A stretch of 58,845 nucleotides of DNA from an uncultured virus (IMG/VR IMGVR_UViG_3300030001_000223) (Duplodnaviria > Heunggongvirae > Uroviricota > Caudoviricetes): positions 62,001 to 120,845 of the IMG/VR virus record IMGVR_UViG_3300030001_000223. The stretch is one strand, 5' to 3'. Below are positions 40,253 through 50,576 of this stretch, piece by piece (the first letter of the stretch is position 1; every line of letters begins with the position of its first letter). The notes under the pieces are model-generated. The model was not told the DNA's origin. It searched no databases and saw only the letters and a list, made by a program, of their open reading frames with translations. The translations under genes were made by a program, and so were the position numbers.

Positions 40253-40528
40253 TCAAGAATAATTTTCTATTAAATATTTTTCGATTGATGGTATTATAAT
40301 ATCTTTTGCTTTAAATTCTCCCATAAATTCTAATTCCATTGATTCTAAGTCAAAATTGAATTTTTTATTAACAAATACAATTTCTTCATCAAATTCATCA
40401 TATACAATTAGACATATCTGTTTATTTTCAATATCATAATTTACCTCGCATTCAACCTCATCTTCAAAGATATTATATGCTATTCCATTTACTGCTCTAT
40501 TAATTGAATCTTTTATTCTTTCCCACAT
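40253..40528 (-). CDS. acidic hypothetical protein
   Basis: Start MWER after AAGGAGG RBS; own promoter immediately upstream. Confidence 0.6.
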   Translation of the reverse strand: MWERIKDSINRAVNGIAYNIFEDEVECEVNYDIENKQICLIVYDEFDEEIVFVNKKFNFDLESMELEFMGEFKAKDIIIPSIEKYLIENYS

Positions 40529-40549
40529 ATTATTTCCTCCTTGATTACT

Positions 40550-40578
40550 ATAATATACCAACTAATTTATAAAGTCAA
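40550..40578 (-). promoter_or_regulatory. sigmaA-type promoter
   Basis: TTGACT-17 nt-TATTAT. Confidence 0.55.
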
Positions 40579-40593
40579 TATGTATCTATTAAT

Positions 40594-41172
40594 TTATTTA
40601 ACTATATATCCACGTAGTTTTTTTACGCCATATGAATTAGCTCTTTTCTTCCATTGTTCTCTAGTTTCCCCATCCCATCTTTCAACATACATATCTATAT
40701 GATTAGATGAATTAAAATTACTTCCACCTTTATCTGAGACAATACGAGTTCCATAATCTTTTTCTAGAAATATTTTAGTTCCTAATGGCAATATATTATT
40801 TGCAATAACACCTCGTTCTAAAGGTCTACCCTTGCAATCAACATTTCCATGGATACTATTTTCTTCTTCAAGACCTGTATAAAAAGTAACTATAAACTCT
40901 TGCCACTCAATATTATCATCTTCTTTTACATTTTTCAATTCATTTGTCTTTTGTTCTTTAGATTCCTTTTTCTCAAGTTCTAACTTATCTTTTTCAAATT
41001 GTATTTCAAAACTTTTTAATTTAAAATCTTGTACCATTTCAACATCAATTTGCTTTTCAATTGATTGCTCCGCTAGGCTATGAAACGGTGCTTGTACATT
41101 TGTTGGATAAGTAAATAATAAACTTGTACTTAACAAACATACAATCCTCTTTCCTCTTAGCAATGTCATCAT
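40594..41172 (-). CDS. exported 3D-domain protein (lytic transglycosylase-like)
   Basis: Signal-like N-terminus; IVTFYT, ILPLGTKI, VSDKGG, HIDMY. Confidence 0.75.
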   Translation of the reverse strand: MMTLLRGKRIVCLLSTSLLFTYPTNVQAPFHSLAEQSIEKQIDVEMVQDFKLKSFEIQFEKDKLELEKKESKEQKTNELKNVKEDDNIEWQEFIVTFYTGLEEENSIHGNVDCKGRPLERGVIANNILPLGTKIFLEKDYGTRIVSDKGGSNFNSSNHIDMYVERWDGETREQWKKRANSYGVKKLRGYIVK

Positions 41173-41199
41173 TCCTTCCTATGTATATTGAATTATATT

Positions 41200-42063
41200 T
41201 TACATATTTATTAAATTAGTAACTTTTTCTACGTTGTTTGCAATTTCTACAATATTAGTAGTTTGTTCTTGTATTCCAGCAGAAACTTCTTCCATACCTG
41301 CTGATGTTTCAATCATACTAGTATTTATTTCTTCTATGTTAGAAATTCTAAATACACTACTTGCTTTTAACTTTGCACTATTTTCTTTTCCAGTTTCAGT
41401 TTTAATTAGTATAACACTAGTCATATTTTGGAGTTCTTTTATATTCTTACTTATCATTATGCTAAATCCTTTAGATTCTTCTGATAATTTTTTGATTTCA
41501 TTTGCAACTACTGTGAACCCACGACCATATTCTCCTGCCCTTGCTGATTCAATACTAGCGTTTAATGATAATAAATTAGTTTGGTCTGCAATCCCTTTAA
41601 TTGCTTCTGCTATTTTTGAAATATCTTTCATTTTAATATCTAACTCATTTGTGGAATTGTAAATATCTTCAATATCATTATTAAACGTATCCATAATTCC
41701 ACCATTGTTTTTAGCACCTTCATATGCCATGTCAACCCTTTCAGCTATACTAAATATAGTTGCATTGATTTCTTCTACTGTTGCGGTTAATTCCTCTGAT
41801 ATAGAAGCTTGTGATGAAACTGAAGTGTTAATATTATTAATGTCTTTTGACAATGTTAGTTTTGTATCATTTACTTCTTCTTTGATTTTATTTAATAGGT
41901 TGTCTTTTTCAATTAATTCTGTATGTAGTTCATCATTTTGTGCCTCTAGTTCTTTGATTTTATTATCACTTTCAATTCTTAAAGATTCTAGTTTATCATT
42001 CATTTCCTTTTCTAAAGATTTTCTTAGTTTATTTAACTCTTTTTCATTTTTAAATATTTTCAT
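41200..42063 (-). CDS. soluble methyl-accepting chemotaxis protein signalling domain
   Basis: [38 protein letters not shown] hairpin-tip motif; no TM segment. Confidence 0.9.
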   Translation of the reverse strand: MKIFKNEKELNKLRKSLEKEMNDKLESLRIESDNKIKELEAQNDELHTELIEKDNLLNKIKEEVNDTKLTLSKDINNINTSVSSQASISEELTATVEEINATIFSIAERVDMAYEGAKNNGGIMDTFNNDIEDIYNSTNELDIKMKDISKIAEAIKGIADQTNLLSLNASIESARAGEYGRGFTVVANEIKKLSEESKGFSIMISKNIKELQNMTSVILIKTETGKENSAKLKASSVFRISNIEEINTSMIETSAGMEEVSAGIQEQTTNIVEIANNVEKVTNLINM

Positions 42064-42152
42064 GTTGATACACTCCTTCTTATTTTAAATTTTATTCTTT
42101 CTGTTTTTAATAGCTTATATATTGTATCATCTTTCATTATTAGTTTCTCCTT

Positions 42153-42413
42153 TTATATTTTAATTTCTGTTACTTCATCTTTAATTTCTATTTCTTTATC
42201 CTTATTAAAATCGTAATGTGTTGTGCTATTCATTGTAATTTTACTTTGAAAATAGAATTTTTCATTACAATTATCTGTTAAACATCTAGCTACAAATTCT
42301 ACATATTTTTGACTTTCTATTTCTACTAACTTGTAATCATTAGTTAATTGATAGTTGCATTGTTCACATCTTGGACAGTAGATTTTGTTTTCTTTTAGAA
42401 TTGCTTTAAACAT
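42153..42413 (-). CDS. zinc-ribbon protein
   Basis: CPRC...RCLTDNC. Confidence 0.6.
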   Translation of the reverse strand: MFKAILKENKIYCPRCEQCNYQLTNDYKLVEIESQKYVEFVARCLTDNCNEKFYFQSKITMNSTTHYDFNKDKEIEIKDEVTEIKI

Positions 42414-42434
42414 TTTGTTTTGCTTCCTTCTTTC

Positions 42435-42641
42435 TTAACTACATAATAATGTAACTGTAAGTTGCTTACCTTGATTATTTCTATAATAGTAATAGGTATT
42501 TAAATAATCTATTTCTACATTGTATTCTTCAAATCCTAAGTCTTGTAATTCTTTAAATTTTAAGTTCATTTCTTTTATACTTTCTTCTTCCCAATCACGG
42601 TATATGTAATCACCTTTATTTTGATCTATGAAAATATTCAT
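42435..42641 (-). CDS. hypothetical protein
   Basis: AAGGAG RBS. Confidence 0.55.
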   Translation of the reverse strand: MNIFIDQNKGDYIYRDWEEESIKEMNLKFKELQDLGFEEYNVEIDYLNTYYYYRNNQGKQLTVTLLCS

Positions 42642-42672
42642 TTATTAATTTATCTCCTTTATTCTTTATTTT

Positions 42673-42828
42673 TTAAACTATAGTGGGTTGTTCATTTATT
42701 GTAAACATAACATCAGATAACATATCATGTTTTGCTAACTTTTCATCATCTGATATTGCTTGATACAACACCATGTCATAATATTTTCTTAATTCATCTT
42801 TAAGTTTATCTGCATCTATTAATCTCAT
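42673..42828 (-). CDS. 51-aa phage protein of the MRLIDAD..PT type
   Basis: MRLIDADKLK...EQPTIV read directly; AAGGAG RBS. Confidence 0.6.
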   Translation of the reverse strand: MRLIDADKLKDELRKYYDMVLYQAISDDEKLAKHDMLSDVMFTINEQPTIV

Positions 42829-42892
42829 TCTATATTTTTCTCCTTTTTATATATTATTTAATTTATTTAACTAGTTAAAATTCGACATTTAA

Positions 42893-43096
42893 CTAGATTT
42901 GTTCAGATTCAATTAATGTCTTACATATCTTTCTTATTTCCAATTCTAAACCTTTTTCATTATTTATCTTTTCATAAAATTGTTCTTTATTAATTTTTAA
43001 TTCTTCCAACAGAATATTTTCAAATATTATATGTATATCATTTGTTTTAGTATCCAAGTACACTTCAAATAGTTTAACTTTATTTTCTTGTAACAT
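42893..43096 (-). CDS. hypothetical protein
   Basis: AAGGAG RBS. Confidence 0.55.
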   Translation of the reverse strand: MLQENKVKLFEVYLDTKTNDIHIIFENILLEELKINKEQFYEKINNEKGLELEIRKICKTLIESEQI

Positions 43097-43128
43097 CTTT
43101 TATTTCTCCTTTAATTATATTAATTTAT

Positions 43129-43431
43129 TTACTTTTTTATGTATCCACAGTCACAACCATATTTATACATGGTTTCATATACTTCTCTTCCTTGCATCTC
43201 TCCTCTTGGCTCGTCCCATTTATCAAGAAGAATTAAGCTTTCGCCACAGCTAGGACATCTATCAGTTCTGTCAGCTAGTGAGTTCTTATCTTCTTCTAAT
43301 TTATCGGCTAGTTCTTTAGGATTTTTACGAATATCTGAAACTAATATATTCAAATCTTGTATTGTTTCACTTACTTCATGATTATTCCTATTTATCATTT
43401 GTATTAATTCATATGTATCTGTATTTATCAA
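43129..43431 (-). CDS. hypothetical protein with zinc-ribbon motif
   Basis: RCPSCG...CDCGY; GAGGTG RBS. Confidence 0.6.
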   Translation of the reverse strand: MINTDTYELIQMINRNNHEVSETIQDLNILVSDIRKNPKELADKLEEDKNSLADRTDRCPSCGESLILLDKWDEPRGEMQGREVYETMYKYGCDCGYIKK

Positions 43432-43466
43432 TTTCTTATCACCTCTTTCCTTTATTGGTTAATCTT

Positions 43467-43495
43467 AGTTTACTACTTACAAAGTTATTTGTCAA
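43467..43495 (-). promoter_or_regulatory. sigmaA-type promoter
   Basis: TTGACA-17 nt-TAAACT. Confidence 0.6.
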
Positions 43496-43531
43496 CTTAA
43501 TTCTATTAATTTATTTAAGTTTATATAATTT

Positions 43532-43563
43532 AAGCTAACAAGATTTTGTTTCCTGTTAGCTTT
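43532..43563 (-). terminator. terminator-like hairpin after the topoisomerase genes
   Basis: AAGCTAACA/TGTTAGCTT inverted repeat. Confidence 0.55.
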
Positions 43564-43617
43564 AATATTAGCATTATTGGATTGTTATGTCAATAGTTTG
43601 TTTATAGTTTTGTTAAT

Positions 43618-45687
43618 TTATTGTTTAATTGATAGAACTTTTGCTGAGGTTACTTTCCAGTTCTCCTTTTTTGATTTAAAAACTGTAACCCCTTGGGTTG
43701 AACGTGATGATTTTGCATTTACATTAGATGTATTAATGACTTTCACTTTGTTAAATGAATCAGTTAATTCTATTTCTACATCATCTGTTATTTGAACAAT
43801 CAATAAAGGTAATCCATTCTCACTACTAGTCAAACAATTGGACAACTTAGTTCTATTGGTTTTCGTCTCATAACTTGAAAGATTAACCTTAGCTATTTTA
43901 CCTGAATCATAGACTATAACTACATAGCCTTTATAATTATTTGTACATAACATTCCTATAATTGATTCATCATTAGATAGTCCTAACATAGTAGGAAGAT
44001 ATATGCCTAATTGTGATGGCTTAGATTCAGATATATCTGATAAGTTTAACATATAAGCATCACCTTTATTTGATATAAATATTACCTTACCTTTATTTGA
44101 GCATTGAATGGTACTAATGACTTCATCGTTTTCTTTTAATTTTTGATTATCTGCATCTGCAAATCTTCTTGTTTTCTTATAATACATACTATTTGTTAAA
44201 ATATTTGTAGTTGTAAAATCTTCAATTAAATCCCTATTATCTATTTTAATGACTTTATCTTCATATAGGATATCTGTTTTTCTAGTTTGATTATACTTCT
44301 TTTTAACTTCGTCAAGTTGTTCAATGATAATGTTATTTATATTTTCTTCTAAAGATAAGGTACTAGATATATTTTCTATTTCTTTAGATATATTATCAAC
44401 ATCTTTTATTCTATTATTTATATAACCTTTATTAATATTTAATAATTTAATAGATACAACATATTCTGCTTGTTCTTTATCTAAATTAAATTCATGCATA
44501 ACATTATTAGTTGCGTCATCATCATTTTTTGAATTTCTTATCACCTCTAAAACTCTATCTAAATCTACCAATATTGATTTCAAGCCAGTCAATTTATGTA
44601 ATCTATCATTTAATTTATCATAATCAAATTGTAATTCGTTTTTAATACATACTTGTCTATGATAAATCCATTTATTAAAAATATCTTGTAATGATACTAA
44701 TACTGGAGTTTTTCCATCTAAGTCAAGTATTGTAAAATTACAAGCAAACTTACTTTCATAGGATGTAAATTTTCTTAATTTTTGAATTACTGTCTCAATA
44801 TCTGCATTCTTTTTTAAATATAATTCTAGTTTTAGACCATCTTTATCTGAACCATTGTGATAATCAGTTAATTCTTTAGAGAATTTGTCTATGTTATTTT
44901 CTAGTTCATCTTCTATATTTTCAATATAAGTAGTATAAGGAATTTCATAAATTGTAATTGTATTAGTATCTTTGTCATATTTATATTTTCCAAGTATAGT
45001 AAATGACCCATTTCCAGTTGTATAAATTTTATCAAATATGTTTTTGTCATAAATAATTTGACCACCACTAGGTAAATCAGGGACTTTTATTAACTCAATT
45101 GATTTATTTATATCTTTTGTTTTTATATATGATGTTATACTACTACAAACATCTTCCATATTATGAGAAGGCATTCTATTTGCTTCTGCAACTGCAATAC
45201 TTATTCTCAAATTGGTTAGTATATTAGGTATTTTAGATGGTAGGAATACGGGTTCTTTTTCAGTGGCATCATAATTCCATTTCATTGGAACTGCATTTTT
45301 ATTTATCCCTTCCAACATGTTTTCAGCATATGTATCTAGCTTGCATTCTATATATCTAGGAGCTGAACCTTTACCATCTCTAGAATTCTTATTTCCATAA
45401 CTTCCTTTAGGGACTAAATATTTGTTTAATGAATAATTATTTCCTAGATTCTTCATAACTCCATAAAGCGGAGCATCTCCTAATGTATAATAATTAAATA
45501 TAGCACCACCAGCTTTTAACATTTTATAAAATTGTTTATCGCTTGTCATTCCTGCTTTTTTCATCCCCCAAATAACTTGTCTCTGAGAAACTAATAATCC
45601 ATCTATTGATGGCAAATTATTAATTATTACAGGTGCAGTAAAATCTAACATTTCGGTTTGTAAAACTTCTACTATTCCTTTTTTCAT
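43618..45687 (-). CDS. gyrA: type II topoisomerase subunit A (GyrA/ParC-like)
   Basis: LPSIDGL, GSYGN, SAPRYIE (catalytic Tyr), NYDAT.KEP.FLPS, PDLPSGG, short beta-pinwheel-like C-terminus; gyrase vs topo IV not resolvable. Confidence 0.85.
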   Translation of the reverse strand: MKKGIVEVLQTEMLDFTAPVIINNLPSIDGLLVSQRQVIWGMKKAGMTSDKQFYKMLKAGGAIFNYYTLGDAPLYGVMKNLGNNYSLNKYLVPKGSYGNKNSRDGKGSAPRYIECKLDTYAENMLEGINKNAVPMKWNYDATEKEPVFLPSKIPNILTNLRISIAVAEANRMPSHNMEDVCSSITSYIKTKDINKSIELIKVPDLPSGGQIIYDKNIFDKIYTTGNGSFTILGKYKYDKDTNTITIYEIPYTTYIENIEDELENNIDKFSKELTDYHNGSDKDGLKLELYLKKNADIETVIQKLRKFTSYESKFACNFTILDLDGKTPVLVSLQDIFNKWIYHRQVCIKNELQFDYDKLNDRLHKLTGLKSILVDLDRVLEVIRNSKNDDDATNNVMHEFNLDKEQAEYVVSIKLLNINKGYINNRIKDVDNISKEIENISSTLSLEENINNIIIEQLDEVKKKYNQTRKTDILYEDKVIKIDNRDLIEDFTTTNILTNSMYYKKTRRFADADNQKLKENDEVISTIQCSNKGKVIFISNKGDAYMLNLSDISESKPSQLGIYLPTMLGLSNDESIIGMLCTNNYKGYVVIVYDSGKIAKVNLSSYETKTNRTKLSNCLTSSENGLPLLIVQITDDVEIELTDSFNKVKVINTSNVNAKSSRSTQGVTVFKSKKENWKVTSAKVLSIKQ

Positions 45688-45700
45688 TTTATAATTCCTC

Positions 45701-47701
45701 CTAATTAATTTCTTCTAAGTTTACATTTGTTATAAATTCTTTAACGAATTCCTTTCTTGGCTGAGTATTCTCTCCCATATAATCTTCAAAATACTTAGCT
45801 ACAATTTCATCAAAATTATCATATGTAACTTGAATAAATGTCTTCTCTCTAACTTCTGGACACAATACCTTTTCCCAAAAATCATCGGCATTTATTTCTC
45901 CGATTCCTTTCACTATTCCTATATTGTATATATCATTAGTGTCTATTGTCTTCATTAATTCTTCTTTTTCTCTGTCATTATATGCATATATCATTTCTCC
46001 ACTTTTCATTTTAATTTCATATCTTGGAGAAATTATTATATAAACTCTATCTTCTTTTAATAAAGTTGGTAAATATTTATATATAAAAGTTAATAAGGCA
46101 AGACGAATTCCTGACCCCCAGCAATCAGCATCTGTAAGTATTCCTATATTTCCATATCTTAAATTGTTCTTATCAAATGTTTTTATATCTTTGAATGCTT
46201 TCCTTTCTTCATATGGAATTTCTATACCACAACCTAATGCAGATATTAAAGTAAACGCAGGAACATTATTTAAAACTCTATCTACAGTGGTTTTTAAACA
46301 GGAAATAAATCTTCCTTTCAAACCAACAGCTCCCATCGTATTATTATCATAACTATCAACTACTGTAGATTTAGCAGAAAGCCCTTCCACAACTAATAAA
46401 AATCTTTCATCTAATGCACTTTTCTTCATATTGCAATCTGTCAAACCCTCTATTTTAACTCTTCCGCTTTTATTTGCTTCTTCAAGTTTCTTTTTTATGT
46501 TCTTTTTAGCAACTTCTCCATGTTCTCGTACTCTTTTATTAATTAATATTTGATTGCTTATAAGTGAACCAATTAATGGATTCTCAGTAAAAAAGATATA
46601 TAATTTCTCTCTTAAAAAATCAGTTACATGAGATTGCATAAATTTAGATTTAATCTTTTTCTTAGCTTGATCTGTATATAATGAAATAGTTGAATATGTA
46701 TCACTAATTATTACTAAACTGTCTTGAATATCGTCAAATGTCACTTTCTTTTCTTTGTTTTTATATAAATTTTTTTCAGTTATGTATTTGTCAATAGCAT
46801 AAGTAAATCCATTTTTAATAAAGTCTTGGGGCGTTCCCCCATTTTCAAGAAAGGAAGAATTGTGATAGTACTGAATTAAATTAATATCATTATTAAAGGC
46901 AAAAGTGATATTAGACTTAATGACGAATATCTCATCATCTTTATTTTCTCGACCTTCTCCTTCAGTTGTCCATTTAATTATATCTGTTAAAGATGATTGT
47001 TTAGTATCTAATTCTTTAATATAATCAATAGTTCCATTTTCATAATAAAAAACTAATTCTTCATCTGTATTTTCATCTTTATAAGTAAATTTCAAGTCAT
47101 CATTTATAATTGCTTGTTGTTGCAATATATCAATTATAAATTCTTTTGTTATATCATTATCGCCTTTAAATACTTCTTTAGATGGTATCCAATGTATGAT
47201 AGTTCCAGTAGAATCAAAATTATGAGTAGTTTCTTCAAACTCACCAACTTGAATTCCTTTTTCATACCTTACATGATATTTTATATTGTTAGGTGCAAAT
47301 GCAGTAGCCTCTAAAAAATCAGCAGTCGCCGAGCTACCAAAATTTCCCATTCCATTTGTGCCACATGACCATTTATAATTACCATTTTTAGTTTTTGAAT
47401 TGTTTTCATATTTTCCACCAGACCACATTTCTTCAAATATCTTTTTATAAGCATATTCCCCTTGTGAATTTTTAGCCATTGGTAACGAACGTCCAAAATC
47501 TTGAATAGAAATAGAATTATCTTTATATTTTGTTACTATGATTTGTTTTCCATATCCTTCTCTATATTCATCAATAGCATTCATTAGTATTTCTATGAAT
47601 GTATGTGAATGAGATTCAAGTCCTATTGACGCAGGTTTTGCACGTACTCCACCTAAAATACCTAATGATTGTATTGAGTCTGTATTATATGTGTTGCTCA
47701 T
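45701..47701 (-). CDS. gyrB: type II topoisomerase subunit B (GyrB/ParE-like)
   Basis: EILMNAIDE, DFGRSLP, GGKY, GTNGMG (GHKL ATPase); VEGLSA, LKGR, TDAD (TOPRIM), KGIGE. Confidence 0.85.
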   Translation of the reverse strand: MSNTYNTDSIQSLGILGGVRAKPASIGLESHSHTFIEILMNAIDEYREGYGKQIIVTKYKDNSISIQDFGRSLPMAKNSQGEYAYKKIFEEMWSGGKYENNSKTKNGNYKWSCGTNGMGNFGSSATADFLEATAFAPNNIKYHVRYEKGIQVGEFEETTHNFDSTGTIIHWIPSKEVFKGDNDITKEFIIDILQQQAIINDDLKFTYKDENTDEELVFYYENGTIDYIKELDTKQSSLTDIIKWTTEGEGRENKDDEIFVIKSNITFAFNNDINLIQYYHNSSFLENGGTPQDFIKNGFTYAIDKYITEKNLYKNKEKKVTFDDIQDSLVIISDTYSTISLYTDQAKKKIKSKFMQSHVTDFLREKLYIFFTENPLIGSLISNQILINKRVREHGEVAKKNIKKKLEEANKSGRVKIEGLTDCNMKKSALDERFLLVVEGLSAKSTVVDSYDNNTMGAVGLKGRFISCLKTTVDRVLNNVPAFTLISALGCGIEIPYEERKAFKDIKTFDKNNLRYGNIGILTDADCWGSGIRLALLTFIYKYLPTLLKEDRVYIIISPRYEIKMKSGEMIYAYNDREKEELMKTIDTNDIYNIGIVKGIGEINADDFWEKVLCPEVREKTFIQVTYDNFDEIVAKYFEDYMGENTQPRKEFVKEFITNVNLEEIN

Positions 47702-47779
47702 TATGATATTACCTCCTGTAAGTTTAAATTTTTAAATTGTTCTTTTACCTCTCTTTTAATTATATTAATTTATTTAAAT

Positions 47780-48013
47780 CTAATATGTAAGTTTGTAAAT
47801 ATCATAGTCAATATCAGTAAGACTCTCATATTCCAATAGTTTTACATCTTCATCATATTCTTCTTTTAATTTAGTCAGTAAGATATCTCTGATAGTCTCA
47901 TCTCTTTCAAAATCATCAACTATATCAATATCTTCCTCAATAGTCATAACTGTATCTGTATGTATTTCATGACCATCTCTATAAAGTTCTATTAAACATT
48001 TGTAATCTATCAT
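47780..48013 (-). CDS. acidic hypothetical protein
   Basis: ORF track; GAGG RBS. Confidence 0.55.
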   Translation of the reverse strand: MIDYKCLIELYRDGHEIHTDTVMTIEEDIDIVDDFERDETIRDILLTKLKEEYDEDVKLLEYESLTDIDYDIYKLTY

Positions 48014-48316
48014 CTATACTTCCTCACTTTCTAAATCAATTTTAAATTCAAATTTATATGGTAAGTCTGAATTATTAAATGTTAAAAAATCATTAAAGTT
48101 AGCAACAAACTTCTCTATTCTATCATCTATTCCAACTTCTTCAACCATTAAATCTTGAAAGCAAGTAGTATTACCTTTTTCATTAGTGATATAATACCAA
48201 ACGTCATATGCACAGTAATCACCACTAATTTCAACTTTATTTACTTCATATTCTTTTTGAGTCTCAAACCCATTTTCTATATCTTGTTCAAACAAGCCAT
48301 TTAATTTAATCTTCAT
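48014..48316 (-). CDS. acidic hypothetical protein
   Basis: AAGGAG RBS. Confidence 0.55.
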   Translation of the reverse strand: MKIKLNGLFEQDIENGFETQKEYEVNKVEISGDYCAYDVWYYITNEKGNTTCFQDLMVEEVGIDDRIEKFVANFNDFLTFNNSDLPYKFEFKIDLESEEV

Positions 48317-48379
48317 TTCAATATCTCCTTACATCTATTAATTTATTAATACCCTTTAAAATTTCTCTTTTAAGACCAT

Positions 48380-49063
48380 CTAATTAAAATAACTTTGCTT
48401 ATACCAGTAACAGTCAAAAGCATTATCAACACAAAAATGTTCATCATGATAGTCTTTATCTTTAAACTCATGAAAATATCCAAATTTCAATATTCGTTTT
48501 TCTGTCTCATCTAATTGTTGATCTTCATCAATTTTCTTGTGAACACCTTCAATAGTATCTGATAAATACATTCCCTCTCTGCCATCACAACAACCAAAGA
48601 ATATCTTATATGTATATAGTAATTCAGCAGTATTTAATAAGATTTGTTTTACATCATTATCATATCCAAATCTTTCTTGATTAAAATTAATACTTCTAAT
48701 TAAATCACCATCATTATGCCTCAAAGTTGCAGACTTCAAATCAGCTAATAATTCCATAATATCAATTAAAGTCATGCCTTGTATTCCATTTCTAAAGTGT
48801 TCTGGATGATGTCTATTTGAATTATAATGATGACTTAATGCTACTTGCATTTCTTTAAGGAATTCCTTATATTCATCACTTCCATATGTACTTCCAACTA
48901 ATTTAGGAGTATATTCACAAAATATTTCTACTTCAGGACTTTCTAATTTACTTTTATCATGAAGTTTACCTCTTTGTTCTAAGTCTAAACTCCATTTGTT
49001 CAATATATTCTTTACATTGTCAATATGTTTCTGAGTTTCTTTTCTACATTCTTTAATATTCAT
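48380..49063 (-). CDS. HD-like domain protein (DUF5662-like)
   Basis: KHI..V, LHDKSKL, HHYNSNRHHPEH, ELLAD; start moved to MNIKEC after AAGGAGG RBS. Confidence 0.7.
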   Translation of the reverse strand: MNIKECRKETQKHIDNVKNILNKWSLDLEQRGKLHDKSKLESPEVEIFCEYTPKLVGSTYGSDEYKEFLKEMQVALSHHYNSNRHHPEHFRNGIQGMTLIDIMELLADLKSATLRHNDGDLIRSINFNQERFGYDNDVKQILLNTAELLYTYKIFFGCCDGREGMYLSDTIEGVHKKIDEDQQLDETEKRILKFGYFHEFKDKDYHDEHFCVDNAFDCYWYKQSYFN

Positions 49064-49422
49064 TCTTATTTGTCCTCCTTTTAATACAATTGTTCTTTTA
49101 CATTCTTTAATATATCTTGGGACTCTTTCATCCACAATCCCACTTATCATTTATTAATCCTTCTTTTAACATTTCTTAAATCCAACCTTGTACTGTATTT
49201 AATCTGTAGTATAAAGCTTTTCTTTCCTCATATTCAAAGCATCTTAAATCCTTTGGCATTTAAATTCTACCACCTTTCTATATTAATTTATTATATTCTT
49301 ATAAAATGCGAATTTGATTTAAATTTAGTTCTATAATATTCGTATTACTATTATATTTTATCGTAATTTTTATCACTTCTGAACTTTTCTAAGTTACATC
49401 ATTCGTATTTTATATTTGTAAT

Positions 49423-49761
49423 TTATATGAATTTGATTTTTAGAAAATTCTCTAAATAGTAACAATATTTATTATAAAGTTCTTCTGATACATTTTCTAA
49501 TTGTATATTTGTCTTTTTCAATTCTTTTTCTTTGAACCCACAAATCCAGTGTTTGTTTGATTTTTCATCATAACTTAATACATATACATAATTATCTATT
49601 CCAGACCAATTTTTAATTATCCCTATTTGCTCTTTATCCATTTCATCTTTTGGAACTATTACTACTTCGCCAATATGAAAATCATGTTTGTTGTTACTAT
49701 AATATTCTTCATGTTTTTTAACATAATAAATAAATTCTTCTTCTGATAATGTTTTTCTCAT
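49423..49761 (-). CDS. hypothetical protein
   Basis: GAGGTG RBS; FHIGEVV SH3/KOW-like segment. Confidence 0.55.
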   Translation of the reverse strand: MRKTLSEEEFIYYVKKHEEYYSNNKHDFHIGEVVIVPKDEMDKEQIGIIKNWSGIDNYVYVLSYDEKSNKHWICGFKEKELKKTNIQLENVSEELYNKYCYYLENFLKIKFI

Positions 49762-50090
49762 AATCTCACCTCTTTACTTTTCATCCACATATTAAACCTG
49801 TTAAATTGTGCCTCAACCATATAACATAAATCTTTTAATTCTGATTCTATATCCTTTTTGACTAAAACATTTTCTTCATCAATTAGTTCTTCAACTGATT
49901 TAACTAAAGATTTTGTTATAATAGAAAATCTATCAACTTGTTTTTTAATATCTTGAATGCCATCTTCTCTTCCTTTAAAGTATTCTCCTCTAAACAATAA
50001 TATGAACACTTGTCTTTGTTCTTTGGATATCTTATTTCCTTCAATTAATTCGTCCACTAACTTTTCAATTTCTTTATCTTCCTTACTCAT
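49758..50090 (-). CDS. hypothetical protein
   Basis: GAGGTG RBS. Confidence 0.55.
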   Translation of the reverse strand: MSKEDKEIEKLVDELIEGNKISKEQRQVFILLFRGEYFKGREDGIQDIKKQVDRFSIITKSLVKSVEELIDEENVLVKKDIESELKDLCYMVEAQFNRFNMWMKSKEVRL

Positions 50091-50141
50091 AATTTCACCT
50101 CTTTTACTTCTATTAATTTATTTCCAAATAAAACAAGCTTT

Positions 50142-50576
50142 TTAAAACGATGTAGTATAATCCGTGTTGCAATTATTTATAGCTTTTTCAGGATTTTCAA
50201 AAATATTTCCTATGATTTCAATGTCTTCATTACATTCTAATTCAGACCAAGATTCAAAATTATCTCTTTGTAAATACCATCCTGCATTCATACCTAATCC
50301 ATCATGTAAATTTGCTAAATATGTAACTACGTAGCCAGAACTATCAATATATCCTTCATAGATTTCTTTGTTGTTTTTATCTTTAAATCCTACATATTCT
50401 AAAAGTATATATCTTTCAGATACATCTATTTTTTCTAAATGTTCCATTCCCCAGTAACCTTTTAGACTTACTTCATATATTTTTCCATCAGCTAAATACA
50501 AATCATATCCATCAAGTTCATCCATACAATTATTAACTTTATCCCAAACTTTATATTTATGTTTTCTACTCATCAA
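50142..50576 (-). CDS. YopX family protein
   Basis: KYKVWDK, EYVGFKDKNNKEIYEG, IEIIGNIFENPE. Confidence 0.85.
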   Translation of the reverse strand: MMSRKHKYKVWDKVNNCMDELDGYDLYLADGKIYEVSLKGYWGMEHLEKIDVSERYILLEYVGFKDKNNKEIYEGYIDSSGYVVTYLANLHDGLGMNAGWYLQRDNFESWSELECNEDIEIIGNIFENPEKAINNCNTDYTTSF

